Positions 17,559-28,941 of a stretch of 64,000 nucleotides of DNA are shown here, piece after piece. The position numbers were made by a program, and so were the translations under genes. Position 1 is the first letter of the stretch, and every line of letters starts with the position of its first letter. The notes below the pieces were generated by a model. That model worked only from the letters and a program-made list of their open reading frames with translations. It was not told where the DNA came from and made no database searches. Origin of the DNA: Bacteroidota bacterium (GTDB lineage: Bacteria; Bacteroidota; Rhodothermia; Rhodothermales; UBA10348); contig JAQBZH010000005.1 in NCBI GenBank assembly GCA_027622005.1, positions 19,623 to 83,622 on the forward strand. The letters run 5' to 3'.

Positions 17559-20000
17559 TTAGTCTTCTTTGACTTCGGATTCAGCGGCGTCGGCCTCAGT
17601 AGGAGCTTCCTTTTGGGCAACGTCTTCATCGGCTTTCGCCTTTGCTTTAGTCGCTTTCTTCGGCTTTTCTTCCGCAACAACCTCTGCTTCCGCTTCAGCT
17701 TCGGCTTTCGCTTTTGCCTTTGCCTTTGCCTTTGCTGGAGTGGCGGCTTCCTGCTCTTCCATCTGAGCGTTGAGCGCAGCTAATCCCGAAAGTTCTCCGA
17801 GGGTAGTTGGACCACTGGTAGAAGATTCTGCTTCGATGAACTCACGAATTTCGCGTGCTTCTTGCTTACGAGATTCGGTTTGCTCACGCTTTTCAGCTTG
17901 ACGTTCTGCGCGCTCCTGGGTGCGTGCATGTTCTGTCGCGCTAAGCACAATTTCCTTCTGATTGGCGTCAAAGCGAATAACAAAGAGATTCTCTATGGCT
18001 GCTCCTTCTTTGAAATCAGCCAGATTCGTCCCAGCAGGTAACTCCCGTTCAGGTACGAATGCTTCTACTTCCATCGGAAGTTCAACTACCATACCCTTGT
18101 CTTCGACACGAACAACTTTGGCACTGGTAACAGATCCTTCTGAATAGACCTGAGCAAACGTATTCCAAGGATTGGTTTCAACCTGCTTGTGGCCCAAGGA
18201 GATACGACGATCTTTGGTGTCGATGTTCAGAACGACGACATCCAATTCCTGTCCTTTCTTGACCATATCGGAGGGGTGACGAATCCGTTTTGTCCAGGAT
18301 AGGTCACTAATGTGTACCAATCCGTCGATACCCGGCTCAATCTCAACAAACACACCAAAGTTGGTGATATTGCGAACTTTGCCGCGCATAACTGTTCCGG
18401 GGGGGTAACGCTCCGCAATGTTTTCCCATGGATCGGGCTCAAGCTGCTTCATTCCAAGCGAAATCTTTTTGCCTTCTGAATCCACATTCAAAATCTTGAC
18501 TTGCACAATCTGGCCAAGCGAGACCATTTGCGAAGGATGACGGATATGCTCTGTCCAGCTCATTTCTGAGATATGAACAAGTCCCTCGATCCCTTTTTCC
18601 AACTCGACAAATGCGCCGTAGTCCGTAATGGAAACGACTTTGCCCTCGACGAGCTGGTTGCCAGCCACTTTTGCTTCGATGTCTTCCCAAGGATGTTTTT
18701 GCAACTGCTTGAGACCCAACGAAATACGCTGACGGTCTTTGTCGTAATCCAGGACTACAACATTGAGTTTCTGATCTAACGTGACGAGTTCTGATGGGTG
18801 CGAAACGCGGCCCCATGACAAGTCCGTAATGTGCAGAAGTCCATCAACACCACCCAAATCAATAAACACACCGAAATCGGTGATGTTTTTGACAATGCCT
18901 TCCAGAATCTGACCTGGCTCCATTGTCAACAAAATCTTCTCGCGCTGCGCCATAAGATCTTTTTCGATCAGCGCTTTGTGAGATACGACGATGTTTTCGT
19001 TGGTTGGATTGAGCTTAACAATCTTAAACTCCATGCGTTTTTCGAGATACGCATCGAAATCGCGTACTGGACGCACGTCGATCTGAGATCCTGGAAGGAA
19101 TGCTTCCATTCCGTCTAGAAGCTCGACAATCATACCGCCTTTGATACGACGAACAATCAAACCTTCCAGGACTTCTTCATTATTGAAGGCGTCCTCGATA
19201 CGGCGCCAGCGGCGAACCGTATCTGCCTTGGTCTTCGAAAGAACGAGCTGACCGTGATAGTCTTCAATTCTTTCGAGGTAAACTTCAACTTCTTGACCGG
19301 CTTCTAGATCAGCACCGAACTCACTACGAGATACGATACCGTCCGATTTAAAGCCGATATCAATTACAACGTCCTTTTCACCAACGCTAACCACCTTTCC
19401 TGATACGATTTCGTGTTCAGAAACATTGGTCAAGGTTTTTTCGACTAGTTTGCGGAGATCATCCAATCCCACATTCCAGTCTTCAGGATCTATGACTTTG
19501 TCTAGATCTTCTAATTTGTATACCTGACCGGTTATTTCCCCGGTGAATCCAAGCATGCCAGACCGAGGTGGAGAAGGAAGTTGTTTTTCAAACTCAGCAA
19601 CTTCTTCCTCTTCGTCATCGGCATCTTCATCACCATCGTCTTCAGACGCTTCTGCGTTGACAACGGTATCGGATTCGTCCACATCATCTCCAACAACATC
19701 CATATTGGAATCGTCAGAGATCACTTCAGGTTCGGTTTCCGCCACTTCAAGTTCAGCCGGCATTTCGGCCAAAACTTCAGCCGATTCCTCGACTTCAGGG
19801 GTACTTTCCACTTCCGCACTCGGGGCGGCTTCTTCTACTACAGGCTCTTCGACAACGGATTCCACTTTTGTTTCTGCCGTGGCTTCAACAGGGGCATCCG
19901 AAAGAGATTCTGTAGCAACCGCTTCAGGGGACTCAGAAACATCGATATTACCGACAATCTCTTCGTTTTCCTGAGCATCTTTCTGCTGATCATCAGCCAT
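17559..20000 (-). CDS. rpsA: 30S ribosomal protein S1 with long acidic N-terminal and Ala/Lys/Glu C-terminal extensions
   Basis: Six S1 domains (DIGFKSDG, AFLPGSQID, DFGVFIDLGGVDGLLHITD, YGAFVELEKGIEGLVHISE, FGVFVEIEPGIDGLVHISD); directly downstream of cmk. Confidence 0.96.
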   Translation of the reverse strand: MADDQQKDAQENEEIVGNIDVSESPEAVATESLSDAPVEATAETKVESVVEEPVVEEAAPSAEVESTPEVEESAEVLAEMPAELEVAETEPEVISDDSNMDVVGDDVDESDTVVNAEASEDDGDEDADDEEEEVAEFEKQLPSPPRSGMLGFTGEITGQVYKLEDLDKVIDPEDWNVGLDDLRKLVEKTLTNVSEHEIVSGKVVSVGEKDVVIDIGFKSDGIVSRSEFGADLEAGQEVEVYLERIEDYHGQLVLSKTKADTVRRWRRIEDAFNNEEVLEGLIVRRIKGGMIVELLDGMEAFLPGSQIDVRPVRDFDAYLEKRMEFKIVKLNPTNENIVVSHKALIEKDLMAQREKILLTMEPGQILEGIVKNITDFGVFIDLGGVDGLLHITDLSWGRVSHPSELVTLDQKLNVVVLDYDKDRQRISLGLKQLQKHPWEDIEAKVAGNQLVEGKVVSITDYGAFVELEKGIEGLVHISEMSWTEHIRHPSQMVSLGQIVQVKILNVDSEGKKISLGMKQLEPDPWENIAERYPPGTVMRGKVRNITNFGVFVEIEPGIDGLVHISDLSWTKRIRHPSDMVKKGQELDVVVLNIDTKDRRISLGHKQVETNPWNTFAQVYSEGSVTSAKVVRVEDKGMVVELPMEVEAFVPERELPAGTNLADFKEGAAIENLFVIRFDANQKEIVLSATEHARTQERAERQAEKREQTESRKQEAREIREFIEAESSTSGPTTLGELSGLAALNAQMEEQEAATPAKAKAKAKAKAEAEAEAEVVAEEKPKKATKAKAKADEDVAQKEAPTEADAAESEVKED

Positions 20001-20148
20001 ATTGCTACACGAAAGCCAACAACCGAACCGCTAGAGATGGGAATCGTTCGGCGGGCTTGGGTTTAATTCATCGAAATCCCAGATTGCTTCCCATGTGCAA
20101 ATTGGGCTGAGCCATTTTGGCCCAGAATCGATAAAACACCCTTAAAGC

Positions 20149-20820
20149 CTATCCGTTCCCATTAATTACCCGGATTATATTATCCACCTGTTCTTCAAAT
20201 GACAGCTGCGAAGTATCAATTTCAACGGCCAATTCAGCTTTTTTCAGCGGCGACAATGCTCGAGATTCATCCCTTCCATCTCGATCTATAATCTCCTGGT
20301 ACAACTCGGATTCATTGGCTTCCACACCCTTTTCCCGAAGCTGAGCAGCTCGTCGTTGGGCTCTTATTTTCGGATCGGCGACCAGAAAAAACTTGAAATT
20401 CGCGTCCGGAAACACGACTGTTCCAATATCGCGTCCCTCCATTACAACTGACCCACCTCCTTCCACGCATTTTCGGGCCATTTCGCGCTGAAGCGAGACC
20501 ATTTTATTTCGCACATCTGAATTTCTGCTAACGACCGAACTGAGCTCACTCACCGCAGAGCTACGTATTTTTTCGTTTACGTTAGTACCATTTAAAAAAA
20601 CGTTTACCCCTTTATCCGACGCTTCCAGGCGTACCAATACGTCTGCCAAAATCCCGCCTATATCGCCCGTTTCGATTTGGAGGCCATTTTCCAGAAAAAA
20701 TAAGGCGACCGCCCGGTACATCGCTCCGGTGTCGATATACAGCGAATTCGTCCTCCGGGCTACTTCGCGAGCGGTTGTACTTTTTCCTGACCCGGCAGGA
20801 CCGTCAATGGCAATAATCAC
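20149..20820 (-). CDS. cmk: Cytidylate kinase
   Basis: IAIDGPAGSGKST, IDTGAMYR, MEGRDIGTVVFP, RDGRDESR. GTG at 20820 has GAGG upstream; the longer track ORF is an over-extension. Confidence 0.95.
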   Translation of the reverse strand: MIIAIDGPAGSGKSTTAREVARRTNSLYIDTGAMYRAVALFFLENGLQIETGDIGGILADVLVRLEASDKGVNVFLNGTNVNEKIRSSAVSELSSVVSRNSDVRNKMVSLQREMARKCVEGGGSVVMEGRDIGTVVFPDANFKFFLVADPKIRAQRRAAQLREKGVEANESELYQEIIDRDGRDESRALSPLKKAELAVEIDTSQLSFEEQVDNIIRVINGNG

Positions 20821-20961
20821 GCTTCGGATATCCTCTCTTTCATTGAAGAAATTTGTGCTATTTGGGAAATTAGAAGCAATATCCACCCCATCCAATAAAT
20901 TTTCAGGTCGTATTCTGTGAATTGAATCTGCCTTCAAGGAATCCAACGGCTCCACTTTTAC

Positions 20962-21498
20962 ATGGCTATCAGAAAACTCCAACATCTTGAAATTGAGCGA
21001 CTGAGCCCCGGGGACCTTCCGGATGCCAAAAGACACCCCATCTCACTATTGCTACATGATATTCGCTCGGCACACAATGTAGGCTCAGCTTTGCGTTCAG
21101 CTGATGGGGCGCGTATTGCAGACGTTTTGGTGTCAGGATACACACCGACGCCGGAAAACAAATCCGTTTACAAAACTTCTTTGGGAGCCGAACAATTTGT
21201 GCCTTGGAGACAGGTATCAAATCCTTATGAGACCATTTCAGCGTTAAAGAACAAAGGATATACGGTTGCGGCGCTTGAGCTTACAGACAGTCCTTCAAAG
21301 GTAGAATTGTTGAAACCTCAGGACTTCCCCCTTTGCCTCATTGCGGGCAACGAAGTGGATGGGGTTGATGACCAATTGCTTAGTCTGTGTGATTTAGCCT
21401 TCGAGATTCCGCAGTACGGGGCGAAGCAATCACTGAATGTATCTGTGGCGATTGGGATTGTCCTTTTCGATCTCGTCCGACAGTTTCGTAGTTTCTAA
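20962..21498 (+). CDS. SpoU/TrmH family RNA methyltransferase
   Basis: DIRSAHNVGSALRSAD, KTSLGAE, GNEVDG, IPQYGAKQSLNVSVA. Confidence 0.92.
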   Translation: MAIRKLQHLEIERLSPGDLPDAKRHPISLLLHDIRSAHNVGSALRSADGARIADVLVSGYTPTPENKSVYKTSLGAEQFVPWRQVSNPYETISALKNKGYTVAALELTDSPSKVELLKPQDFPLCLIAGNEVDGVDDQLLSLCDLAFEIPQYGAKQSLNVSVAIGIVLFDLVRQFRSF

Positions 21499-21532
21499 AA
21501 CCTGATTTTTATTCTAGACGCTACAGAGGCCT

Positions 21533-22690
21533 ATGTGGGGAGATCTTGTCCGAACCGAATCCGGGGGAAAACTTGAGGCCCAAGATCTAATCTGGTTTCC
21601 AGATGCTTTGGTTGCTATGGAGGCTTATTCCGAGTCTTCCAAGCACCTGATGGCCTGTAAAAAAGACGCTGAGATCGGCTATTTGAATATGGTCGAGTCG
21701 GGAGTGGATGGCCTCCTGTATTTAACCGGCAATGCAGGCCGCTTGACTTGGGTCTCCCCCTTCACTTCTTCCCTCCCCACTGCATCGGACGTCCATCTAC
21801 TCTACGACGAAACAGCTGCTCGGATAATAGGAACTCATACCCATCTGGATGCCCATACACCCGCGGAAGATGGGCCCAATTCCAATGGGGGCGCTCTTTC
21901 ATTCACGCTTGAAGCACTTTCTCCCACAGTCGATGTGTTCTGTTGGGACGCGTTGCGAGCCGGAGCTACCACGCAACTAGCGCTTGCGCTTTATTCGGCA
22001 ATGCGGATTTTTGAGTCCGGAGCGTTCCCTCAGCACATACTGGTTGCCGTTCGAACGGATATTTTAACGGAGGCCTCTAAACTTCGCGCTCTTCGCCACC
22101 TGCTCGATCATCTTTGGGCGCTCCACAGCGACAGCCCCCCTTCGTATCAATTGATGGCTGTGACCTCCGCTGTTACGCTGAGCGCTTTTGAACCTGAAAA
22201 TAACATGGTTCGAAATTCTCTGGCGGGGTTGGCGGGGATGCTTGGAACCGCTGATTTCCTTTCAATTCAGCCTTGGAATGTCTATCAAATGGGCCACAGC
22301 GACCCCAAAGCTGCTGAACTCTCCAGAAATCTATATCATTTATGGTGTCAGGAAAGTCATCTGGACAAGGTAGCCGATCCTTTGGCCGGTTCGTATTCCA
22401 TCGAAGATCTCACGGCTCGCCTAATCAAGTCTGGGTGGGACTTATTTTTAGAATTACGAGCGCACAGTCCGAACGGTGTTGCAACTCTTCTCGACGATCG
22501 TTTGCTACCTGCTGACCGCACCAATTTTGAACAGGGAGGCCGACACCAGAGGGGAAAAACGGAGCGCGTGCAGGTTGGAGTTACGCACTTTACGGAAAAT
22601 GGGAATCCAACGGCGAAAAATCTTGCCCCGGTCTTCCCAGTTCCGTCAACACTGGATGTAAATGGCCGGATTTCAAGAACAGGATCATGA
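21533..22690 (+). CDS. Methylmalonyl-CoA mutase small-subunit-like protein, short and divergent
   Basis: [41 protein letters not shown]; overlaps the large-subunit start. Confidence 0.7.
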   Translation: MWGDLVRTESGGKLEAQDLIWFPDALVAMEAYSESSKHLMACKKDAEIGYLNMVESGVDGLLYLTGNAGRLTWVSPFTSSLPTASDVHLLYDETAARIIGTHTHLDAHTPAEDGPNSNGGALSFTLEALSPTVDVFCWDALRAGATTQLALALYSAMRIFESGAFPQHILVAVRTDILTEASKLRALRHLLDHLWALHSDSPPSYQLMAVTSAVTLSAFEPENNMVRNSLAGLAGMLGTADFLSIQPWNVYQMGHSDPKAAELSRNLYHLWCQESHLDKVADPLAGSYSIEDLTARLIKSGWDLFLELRAHSPNGVATLLDDRLLPADRTNFEQGGRHQRGKTERVQVGVTHFTENGNPTAKNLAPVFPVPSTLDVNGRISRTGS

Positions 22691-24834
22691 AAAAGCCCGA
22701 CTATAGCATTTATCCTATTCTAAACGAACACTCGCGTCTCGCCGGATTGCCGCCGGCTCCAAGCACGATTGGCTACAAAAGTCAGGAGGATTTTTACGTT
22801 CCAAAACACGTCGATTACGCCCCGTTTCGGCATCTCGGGTCAACGGCTGGATCCTCCCCGTACACCAGAGGAATTTATGCGAGTATGTATACCGCACGAC
22901 CTTGGACGATTCGGCAATACGCCGGCTTCTCTACGGCAGCGGAATCCAACGCATTTTATCGACGAAATTTAGCTTTAGGTCAAAAAGGCCTTTCGGTGGC
23001 GTTCGATCTGGCTACTCACAGAGGGTATGATTCCGACCATATGCGAGTTATGGGTGATGTCGGAATGGCCGGGGTAGCGATCGACTCTGTCGAGGATATG
23101 AAAGTGCTATTTGAAGGCATTCCGCTGGATAAAATGAGTGTTTCGATGACCATGAACGGGGCGGTTCTACCGATCATGGCCTTTTATGTGGTAGCGGCCG
23201 AAGAACAAGGTGTTAGTCCGGAAAACTTGTCTGGAACGATTCAAAACGACATTTTGAAGGAGTTCATGGTTCGAAACACCTTCATTTACCCGCCAAGACC
23301 GTCGATGCGCATTGTCAGCGATATTATGCGTTTTGCGGCACGGCGAATGCCTCGATTTAATGCTATTAGCGTTAGTGGGTATCATATGTTGGAGGCGGGA
23401 GCTTCGGCTGACCTCGAATTAGCGTACACCTTGCTCGATGGACTCGAATACGTTCGGGCGGGACTCAAGGAAGGCCTAGATATCGACGATTTGGCGCCCC
23501 AGATTTCTTTCTTCTTTGGGATCGGAATGAACCTCTTTATGGAAGCCGCCAAATTGCGGGCGGCTCGAACTCTTTGGTCGGAGCTGATGGCTCCATTTCA
23601 CCCGAAGAATCCAAAATCTTTGATGCTTCGGACCCATTGCCAGACGTCAGGTTGGTCGCTGACAGCCCAGGATCCGTACAATAATGTCGGTCGAACGACC
23701 GTCGAGGCTTTAGCCGCCGTTCTCGGTCACACACAATCGTTGCATACCAACGCCCTCGACGAAGCGATTGCGCTTCCTACCGACGAATCGGCTAAAATCG
23801 CCAGGAATACGCAATTAATCCTCCAGCACGAGACAGATATCACAAACGTCGTTGATCCTCTCGGAGGGAGTTGGTACACCGAGTTTTTGACCGACCAATT
23901 GATTTCGAAGGCCAAAGCTCACATGGACGAAATTGAGAGCTTCGGGGGAATGTCCGCAGCAATCGAGAAAGGGATTCCAAAGCAGAGAATCGGGCAAGCG
24001 GCGGCCAGAAGACAAGCTCGAATTGATTCCGGAACGGACGTGATTGTAGGGATTAACGCTTACCGTGGGGCGGAGTCCATAAGGCTTAACGTCCGTGAAG
24101 TGGATAATACGGCTGTTCGAAACACTCAAATTGAAAACCTCACACGGCTTCGGACCACTCGAAACGAGGCCGCTGTTAAAAAGAGCCTCGAGGCGCTTTC
24201 ATTGGCTGCGGCCACGGATGGATTGCCGTTGATGGAGCCTTGTTTAGACGCAGCCCGAGCGAGAGCCACCTTGGGTGAAATTTCAAGCGCACTTGAGGCT
24301 TCTTTTGGTCGACATCAAGCTGAAACAACTCTATTTACCGGGGTATATTCCAAAGAGTTTTCGGATGATAACATGGTGAACGCTGTGACCTCGCTTTCAG
24401 AATCCTTTAAACGTGCAACCGGACGACAACCACGCATTTTGGTGGCGAAACTTGGCCAGGATGGTCACGATCGTGGGGCCAGGATTATAGCAACCGCATT
24501 CGCAGACATGGGCTTTGATGTAGACGTAGGCCCGCTTTTTCAAACGCCCGGGGAATGCGCTCTTCAGGCCATCGAAAACGACGTCCACGTGGTCGGAATT
24601 TCCAGTTTGGCCGGGGGTCACAAATCGTTGATTCCACTTCTCATTGCTGAATTGAAGGCGCTTGGAAGGCCGGATATCCTGGTGGTGGTGGGCGGCGTCA
24701 TCCCGGAAAATGATTACCCATTTTTAGTGGAAGCCGGGGTTTCCCACGTATTTGGACCAGGAACCGTAATCCCCGCTGCTGCAAACGAACTGTTAAGCAC
24801 TCTGCTAAGCCAAGTTGGGGGTCCGTTAAAATGA
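22687..24834 (+). CDS. scpA: Methylmalonyl-CoA mutase large subunit (B12-dependent)
   Basis: [45 protein letters not shown]12 motif GQDGHDRG. Confidence 0.96.
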   Translation: MKKPDYSIYPILNEHSRLAGLPPAPSTIGYKSQEDFYVPKHVDYAPFRHLGSTAGSSPYTRGIYASMYTARPWTIRQYAGFSTAAESNAFYRRNLALGQKGLSVAFDLATHRGYDSDHMRVMGDVGMAGVAIDSVEDMKVLFEGIPLDKMSVSMTMNGAVLPIMAFYVVAAEEQGVSPENLSGTIQNDILKEFMVRNTFIYPPRPSMRIVSDIMRFAARRMPRFNAISVSGYHMLEAGASADLELAYTLLDGLEYVRAGLKEGLDIDDLAPQISFFFGIGMNLFMEAAKLRAARTLWSELMAPFHPKNPKSLMLRTHCQTSGWSLTAQDPYNNVGRTTVEALAAVLGHTQSLHTNALDEAIALPTDESAKIARNTQLILQHETDITNVVDPLGGSWYTEFLTDQLISKAKAHMDEIESFGGMSAAIEKGIPKQRIGQAAARRQARIDSGTDVIVGINAYRGAESIRLNVREVDNTAVRNTQIENLTRLRTTRNEAAVKKSLEALSLAAATDGLPLMEPCLDAARARATLGEISSALEASFGRHQAETTLFTGVYSKEFSDDNMVNAVTSLSESFKRATGRQPRILVAKLGQDGHDRGARIIATAFADMGFDVDVGPLFQTPGECALQAIENDVHVVGISSLAGGHKSLIPLLIAELKALGRPDILVVVGGVIPENDYPFLVEAGVSHVFGPGTVIPAAANELLSTLLSQVGGPLK

Positions 24835-25811
24835 CCCATCAAGCGCATCCACTCTTTGCTGCACTGACCATGGGCGATCGGGGAGCTCTGGGCCGGGCGA
24901 TTACGCTGATGGAAAGTGATCACCCGAAAGATCTGGAGCAAAAACTCTCCCTGTTGGCCAGTCAAAGCGCAGTCGACTCCAAATCCGTCCGAATCGCGAT
25001 TACCGGTGCACCTGGCGTGGGAAAGAGCTCCTTAATTGAGCTCTTGGGCCTGCATTTAATCGAAAAAGGCCACCGAGTGGCTGTTTTAGCCGTAGACCCA
25101 TCCAGCAATCGAACAGGCGGAAGCATTTTGGGTGATAAAACCCGGATGCCCAACTTAAGTCGTCATCCCGCAGCTTTTATCCGTCCTTCTCCTACTTCGG
25201 GCGTTTTAGGTGGGGTGGCCGAAATGACTAGGGAAACCATATTTCTGTGCGAGTCGGCCGGATACGACCGAATTATCGTAGAGACAGTTGGTATAGGGCA
25301 ATCAGAGACGCATGTTGCAACATTGACCGACATCGTCCTATTCGTTACGATGGTAGGCAGTGGGGATTCATTGCAGGGTATTAAACGCGGTATTTTGGAA
25401 GTGATTGACATCGTTGCGGTAAATAAATCGGATGGCCTGGCCGAACAGCCAAGCAAGCAATTTGCCTCAGAATTAGCTTCTGCGCTCCATCTGTTACATG
25501 GTTCGAATAGACCACCTTCGGTTTGGCCGATTTCAACTGTAACTCAGACCGGGCTGTCCGATCTTTGGACCGAATTGGACGAAATAATCGGGGCGAGAAT
25601 GGCTAGCGGAGCCATTTCGAAGAAGCGAATTCAGCAATTGGAAAGCTGGTTTGATCAAGCTACACAACACGCTTTGAATCAATTCTTGATTCGAGATTCG
25701 GACGGAGTCGAGGAAAAAAACGAATTCCTTGCACAAGCAAAAAAGGGACTGATCCACCCTTTTGTGGCGGCAAATCAATTGGTTCAAAGGCTGCTTCGAC
25801 GGGACGTGTAG
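24831..25811 (+). CDS. meaB: Methylmalonyl-CoA mutase-associated GTPase
   Basis: [44 protein letters not shown]. Confidence 0.95.
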   Translation: MTHQAHPLFAALTMGDRGALGRAITLMESDHPKDLEQKLSLLASQSAVDSKSVRIAITGAPGVGKSSLIELLGLHLIEKGHRVAVLAVDPSSNRTGGSILGDKTRMPNLSRHPAAFIRPSPTSGVLGGVAEMTRETIFLCESAGYDRIIVETVGIGQSETHVATLTDIVLFVTMVGSGDSLQGIKRGILEVIDIVAVNKSDGLAEQPSKQFASELASALHLLHGSNRPPSVWPISTVTQTGLSDLWTELDEIIGARMASGAISKKRIQQLESWFDQATQHALNQFLIRDSDGVEEKNEFLAQAKKGLIHPFVAANQLVQRLLRRDV

Positions 25812-25831
25812 ATGACCCGATCGACCGACAA

Positions 25832-27301
25832 TTAAACGCCGATGGAAGTCGAAGCGCGCAAAAGCCTTCTTTGAACTGAATCGACCCCTAAAAGAGCCAT
25901 CATGGCATATAGGTCGGGGCCCGAAGGGAGTCCTGAAAGGGCCATTCGAGCTGGGAACATGATCTCCCCGATGCCAATTCCATTTTCTTCAACAAATTCT
26001 TTAAGACAAACCTGTAAAGACTCTGCTGTCCAAGGGGAAATCGTGCCAAGTTTTTTGCTGAAAGAAGCACATAAAGGTCCGGAATTCTCCTTCCACCGCT
26101 TTGCAACAGCAGTTTCATCAAACGAATTTGGATCTTCAAATAGGTAGGCTGCATCTAGAACGTCCGACGCAAATGAAAGCCTTTCCAACATCAAAGAAAC
26201 GGCGCCTGCGACAAACTCCAAGGAAACGCCTGGATACCGATCCGCGGCTGCGGGATAGATGGTTTGGGCAATTGAAAGGGGGCTTCGCCCACGTAAGTAT
26301 TGTTCGTTGAACCAAGCTAACTTTTGAAGATCAAACTGAACTCCGGCCTGGCCAACCCGATCGAGACTGAACGCGGCGGCCATTTCGTCCACGGTCATCA
26401 ATTCTTGATCCGTTCCTGGATTCCAGCCCAATAAGGCTAAAAAATTGACGAGTGCTTCGGGCTCATATCCCTTGTCACGATATTGCTTAACCGAAACAGG
26501 AATGCCTTCACTTTCCGCGTTCCGTTTTGAAAGTTTTCCACCGGATGGGCTCAAAATCAATGGTAGATGCGCCATTTGCGGAGCGGTCCAGCCCAAAGCG
26601 TCGTACAACAAGATGTGCTTAGGCGTTGAAGAGAGCCATTCCTCACCGCGAATAACGTGAGTGATTTCCATATCGTGATCATCCACAATATTGGCCAAAT
26701 GGTAGGTCGGCAATCCGTCCGACTTGATCAGAACCTGATCGTCAACAGCGTCGCTTACAAACGTAACCTGGCCTCGAACGGCGTCGATAAACGAAACCTC
26801 TTTCCCGGGATGGACGAGAAGCCGAACGACGTACTCGTCCCCTCTCCCCATCCGCAGAACAGTCTCTTCTTTTGAAAGAGTTAGCGAGTTGGTCATCTCA
26901 GACCTTGTCGCGTAATCGTATCGAGGATTCGGATTTTCAAGCGAGGTAAGCTTTTCTTTTAGTGCTTCTATTTCACCCGAAGAATCAAACGCGACGTAAG
27001 CCTTGCCTAGCCCAATAAGCTGATCGGCGACATCTTTGTACCGCGCAGACCGTGCAGATTGATGGTAGGGTCCGAAAGAGCCTCCTTTTCCGGGGCCTTC
27101 ATCGAAAGAAATTCCGGCCCAAGTCAAGCTATCGAAAATATCTTGCTCTGCATCTTCGACAAATCGAGTCTGGTCGGTGTCCTCGATACGAAGTAAAAAC
27201 GTTCCGCCGTGCCTTTTTGCAAGTAAGAAATTGTAGAGAGCCGTGCGAAGACCGCCTATGTGAAGATATCCTGTCGGACTGGGTGCAAAGCGAACGCGCA
27301 T
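25832..27301 (-). CDS. gltX: Glutamate--tRNA ligase
   Basis: RFAPSPTGYLHIGG (HIGH), RIEDTD, HVIRGEEW, KLSKR. Confidence 0.96.
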   Translation of the reverse strand: MRVRFAPSPTGYLHIGGLRTALYNFLLAKRHGGTFLLRIEDTDQTRFVEDAEQDIFDSLTWAGISFDEGPGKGGSFGPYHQSARSARYKDVADQLIGLGKAYVAFDSSGEIEALKEKLTSLENPNPRYDYATRSEMTNSLTLSKEETVLRMGRGDEYVVRLLVHPGKEVSFIDAVRGQVTFVSDAVDDQVLIKSDGLPTYHLANIVDDHDMEITHVIRGEEWLSSTPKHILLYDALGWTAPQMAHLPLILSPSGGKLSKRNAESEGIPVSVKQYRDKGYEPEALVNFLALLGWNPGTDQELMTVDEMAAAFSLDRVGQAGVQFDLQKLAWFNEQYLRGRSPLSIAQTIYPAAADRYPGVSLEFVAGAVSLMLERLSFASDVLDAAYLFEDPNSFDETAVAKRWKENSGPLCASFSKKLGTISPWTAESLQVCLKEFVEENGIGIGEIMFPARMALSGLPSGPDLYAMMALLGVDSVQRRLLRASTSIGV

Positions 27302-27483
27302 GAAATTGATAATTGATCAGAAAACCGGAATCGAATCAAGATACCACAATGCGCGGGCTTCAAATGAGGATTTCCCTGTAATCCAATCAATAGCACGGTA
27401 ATCTGGTTAACGACTGCGTGTACAGCCTCAGCGTTGAGCTAATAACCCTTGTTTTTAGCCTGAAAAGCCTATCCCACTTTAGC

Positions 27484-28020
27484 TTACTCCGAAAGCTTTG
27501 CTTCGTCTTGCAATTCAGCCTCGATTGTCAAACCCGGTTCAAACACATAGATATAAGATTGCAAAACGCGCGTATTAGGAGAATCAAAAGCTACTTGTTC
27601 TTCTTCTTGAGCGATGAACCCGGTTGAAGAATTGCCAGACATCGGGAGCAACAAGCCGATCACAAATACGGCGGTGATTGCCGCAAGTGCCGAACGAACA
27701 GAAACAGAACTTCTGGCTCGCCAGAGTGGTTGCCGATCTTCAGCCCGATTCACTTTCTCCCCAATCTCTTTCAAATCCGACAAACGGCGGAAAAATCGAT
27801 CGTCGGCCGATGGCGGAAGCGAGATATATTCCATTCGACTCATGCGACGAAAGAGCATTACGGCCTCCATCTGACCCCGTAATTGGTGATCGTGAGCCAA
27901 ATGCTCAAACAAGGCAGCCTGTTTGGACAGAAGCAATTCCCCGTCCAAATAAAGGTTTAGGTCTTCTTCGAACGGATCAAAGTCCGATCGCTCGTGAGTT
28001 TTATTGGATGAAGTACTCAA
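27484..28020 (-). CDS. Putative single-pass anti-sigma factor
   Basis: N-terminal LYLDGEL...FEHL anti-sigma-like segment, one TM helix; overlaps the ECF sigma stop by 4 bp. Confidence 0.72.
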   Translation of the reverse strand: MSTSSNKTHERSDFDPFEEDLNLYLDGELLLSKQAALFEHLAHDHQLRGQMEAVMLFRRMSRMEYISLPPSADDRFFRRLSDLKEIGEKVNRAEDRQPLWRARSSVSVRSALAAITAVFVIGLLLPMSGNSSTGFIAQEEEQVAFDSPNTRVLQSYIYVFEPGLTIEAELQDEAKLSE

Positions 28021-28676
28021 TTTTTTATCCCCTTTCCCTTTTTGATCGCTTCACCGATCTTGAACGGATCCGCAGCCTCTGATTGCCGGGGCGCCGCTTC
28101 TGAAATCTTAAGTTTCTTCTGAACTATTGTAGTCTGCTCCTTTTCTAAAACGGACTCCATCAGACCGGCTAGTTTTTTCCGGGCCTTAAATAACCTTGAT
28201 TTAACAGCGCTTACGGAAGTACGGGTAATGGCACCTATTTCTTCATAGGTCAGATTCTGGTACTCTCTTAGAATCAGAATCTCTCGGTAATCCGGTTTTA
28301 GCGAGTTCAAAAAATGGGTAACAAACTCAACTTGATCAGACTTTTCCATTTCCGAAAACGGCGTATCGAGCGTCACGATATATTCAGCATTTTCGTCGCT
28401 AAAGCCTTCAAGCTTCCCATTTTTCCGAATGGAATTAAGGCATTGGTTGCGGGCAATCGTAAATAGCCACGATTTAAACGCGCTGGTCTTAATCAGACGG
28501 TCCCGATTCTCATATATCCTTAAAAACGTTTCCTGCATCACATCTTCGGCTGAATCCGAATCATGAAGCATTTTATAACAGAAGGAAAAAACAGGGCCTT
28601 TATAACGGTTATAGATACCTACAAAGGCAAATTCGTCACCAGCTTGAAACGATTCTATCAGCGTGTATTCGTTCAT
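28017..28676 (-). CDS. ECF-family RNA polymerase sigma factor
   Basis: AEDVMQETFL, FKSWLFTIARN (region 2), REILILRE...LTYEEIG...VKSRLFKARKKL (region 4). Confidence 0.93.
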   Translation of the reverse strand: MNEYTLIESFQAGDEFAFVGIYNRYKGPVFSFCYKMLHDSDSAEDVMQETFLRIYENRDRLIKTSAFKSWLFTIARNQCLNSIRKNGKLEGFSDENAEYIVTLDTPFSEMEKSDQVEFVTHFLNSLKPDYREILILREYQNLTYEEIGAITRTSVSAVKSRLFKARKKLAGLMESVLEKEQTTIVQKKLKISEAAPRQSEAADPFKIGEAIKKGKGIKN

Positions 28677-28757
28677 GAATGATGAAAATTAATAATCATA
28701 CCCTAGCGGCTCGACGAATTTTCTTGAAAACCGGGCCTTCCTTAGCTGTTACTTCAT

Positions 28758-28787
28758 ATATGACACACCTGCCGAGGTAAAGTTGCC
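28758..28787 (-). promoter_or_regulatory. Candidate autoregulatory ECF promoter
   Basis: Minus strand GGCAAC-N17-GTCATAT about 80 bp upstream of the ECF sigma start, fitting the general AAC-N16/17-GTC ECF pattern. Confidence 0.5.
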
Positions 28788-28941
28788 TGCTTACACTTTG
28801 AGTATTGGCGGTTTGTAAACGTATATCATCACCCAAATCAACCAATTTGGAACCATTTGATCTAGCTTTGCGTGGATGCGCCTCAATGAAAGCCCATTTT
28901 CAAAAATATTTGGTCTCTGACCGCCGCCATCCTCAAGAATA

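Noticed and set aside
19543-20066. Long plus-strand ORFs (Ser-rich 143 aa, Phe-rich 161 aa)
   Set aside because: Antisense shadows of the low-complexity acidic N-terminus of rpsA.
20821-21036. 71-aa N-terminal extension of cmk in the ORF track
   Set aside because: Overlaps the divergent methyltransferase gene; a GTG with SD sits right at the conserved Cmk start.
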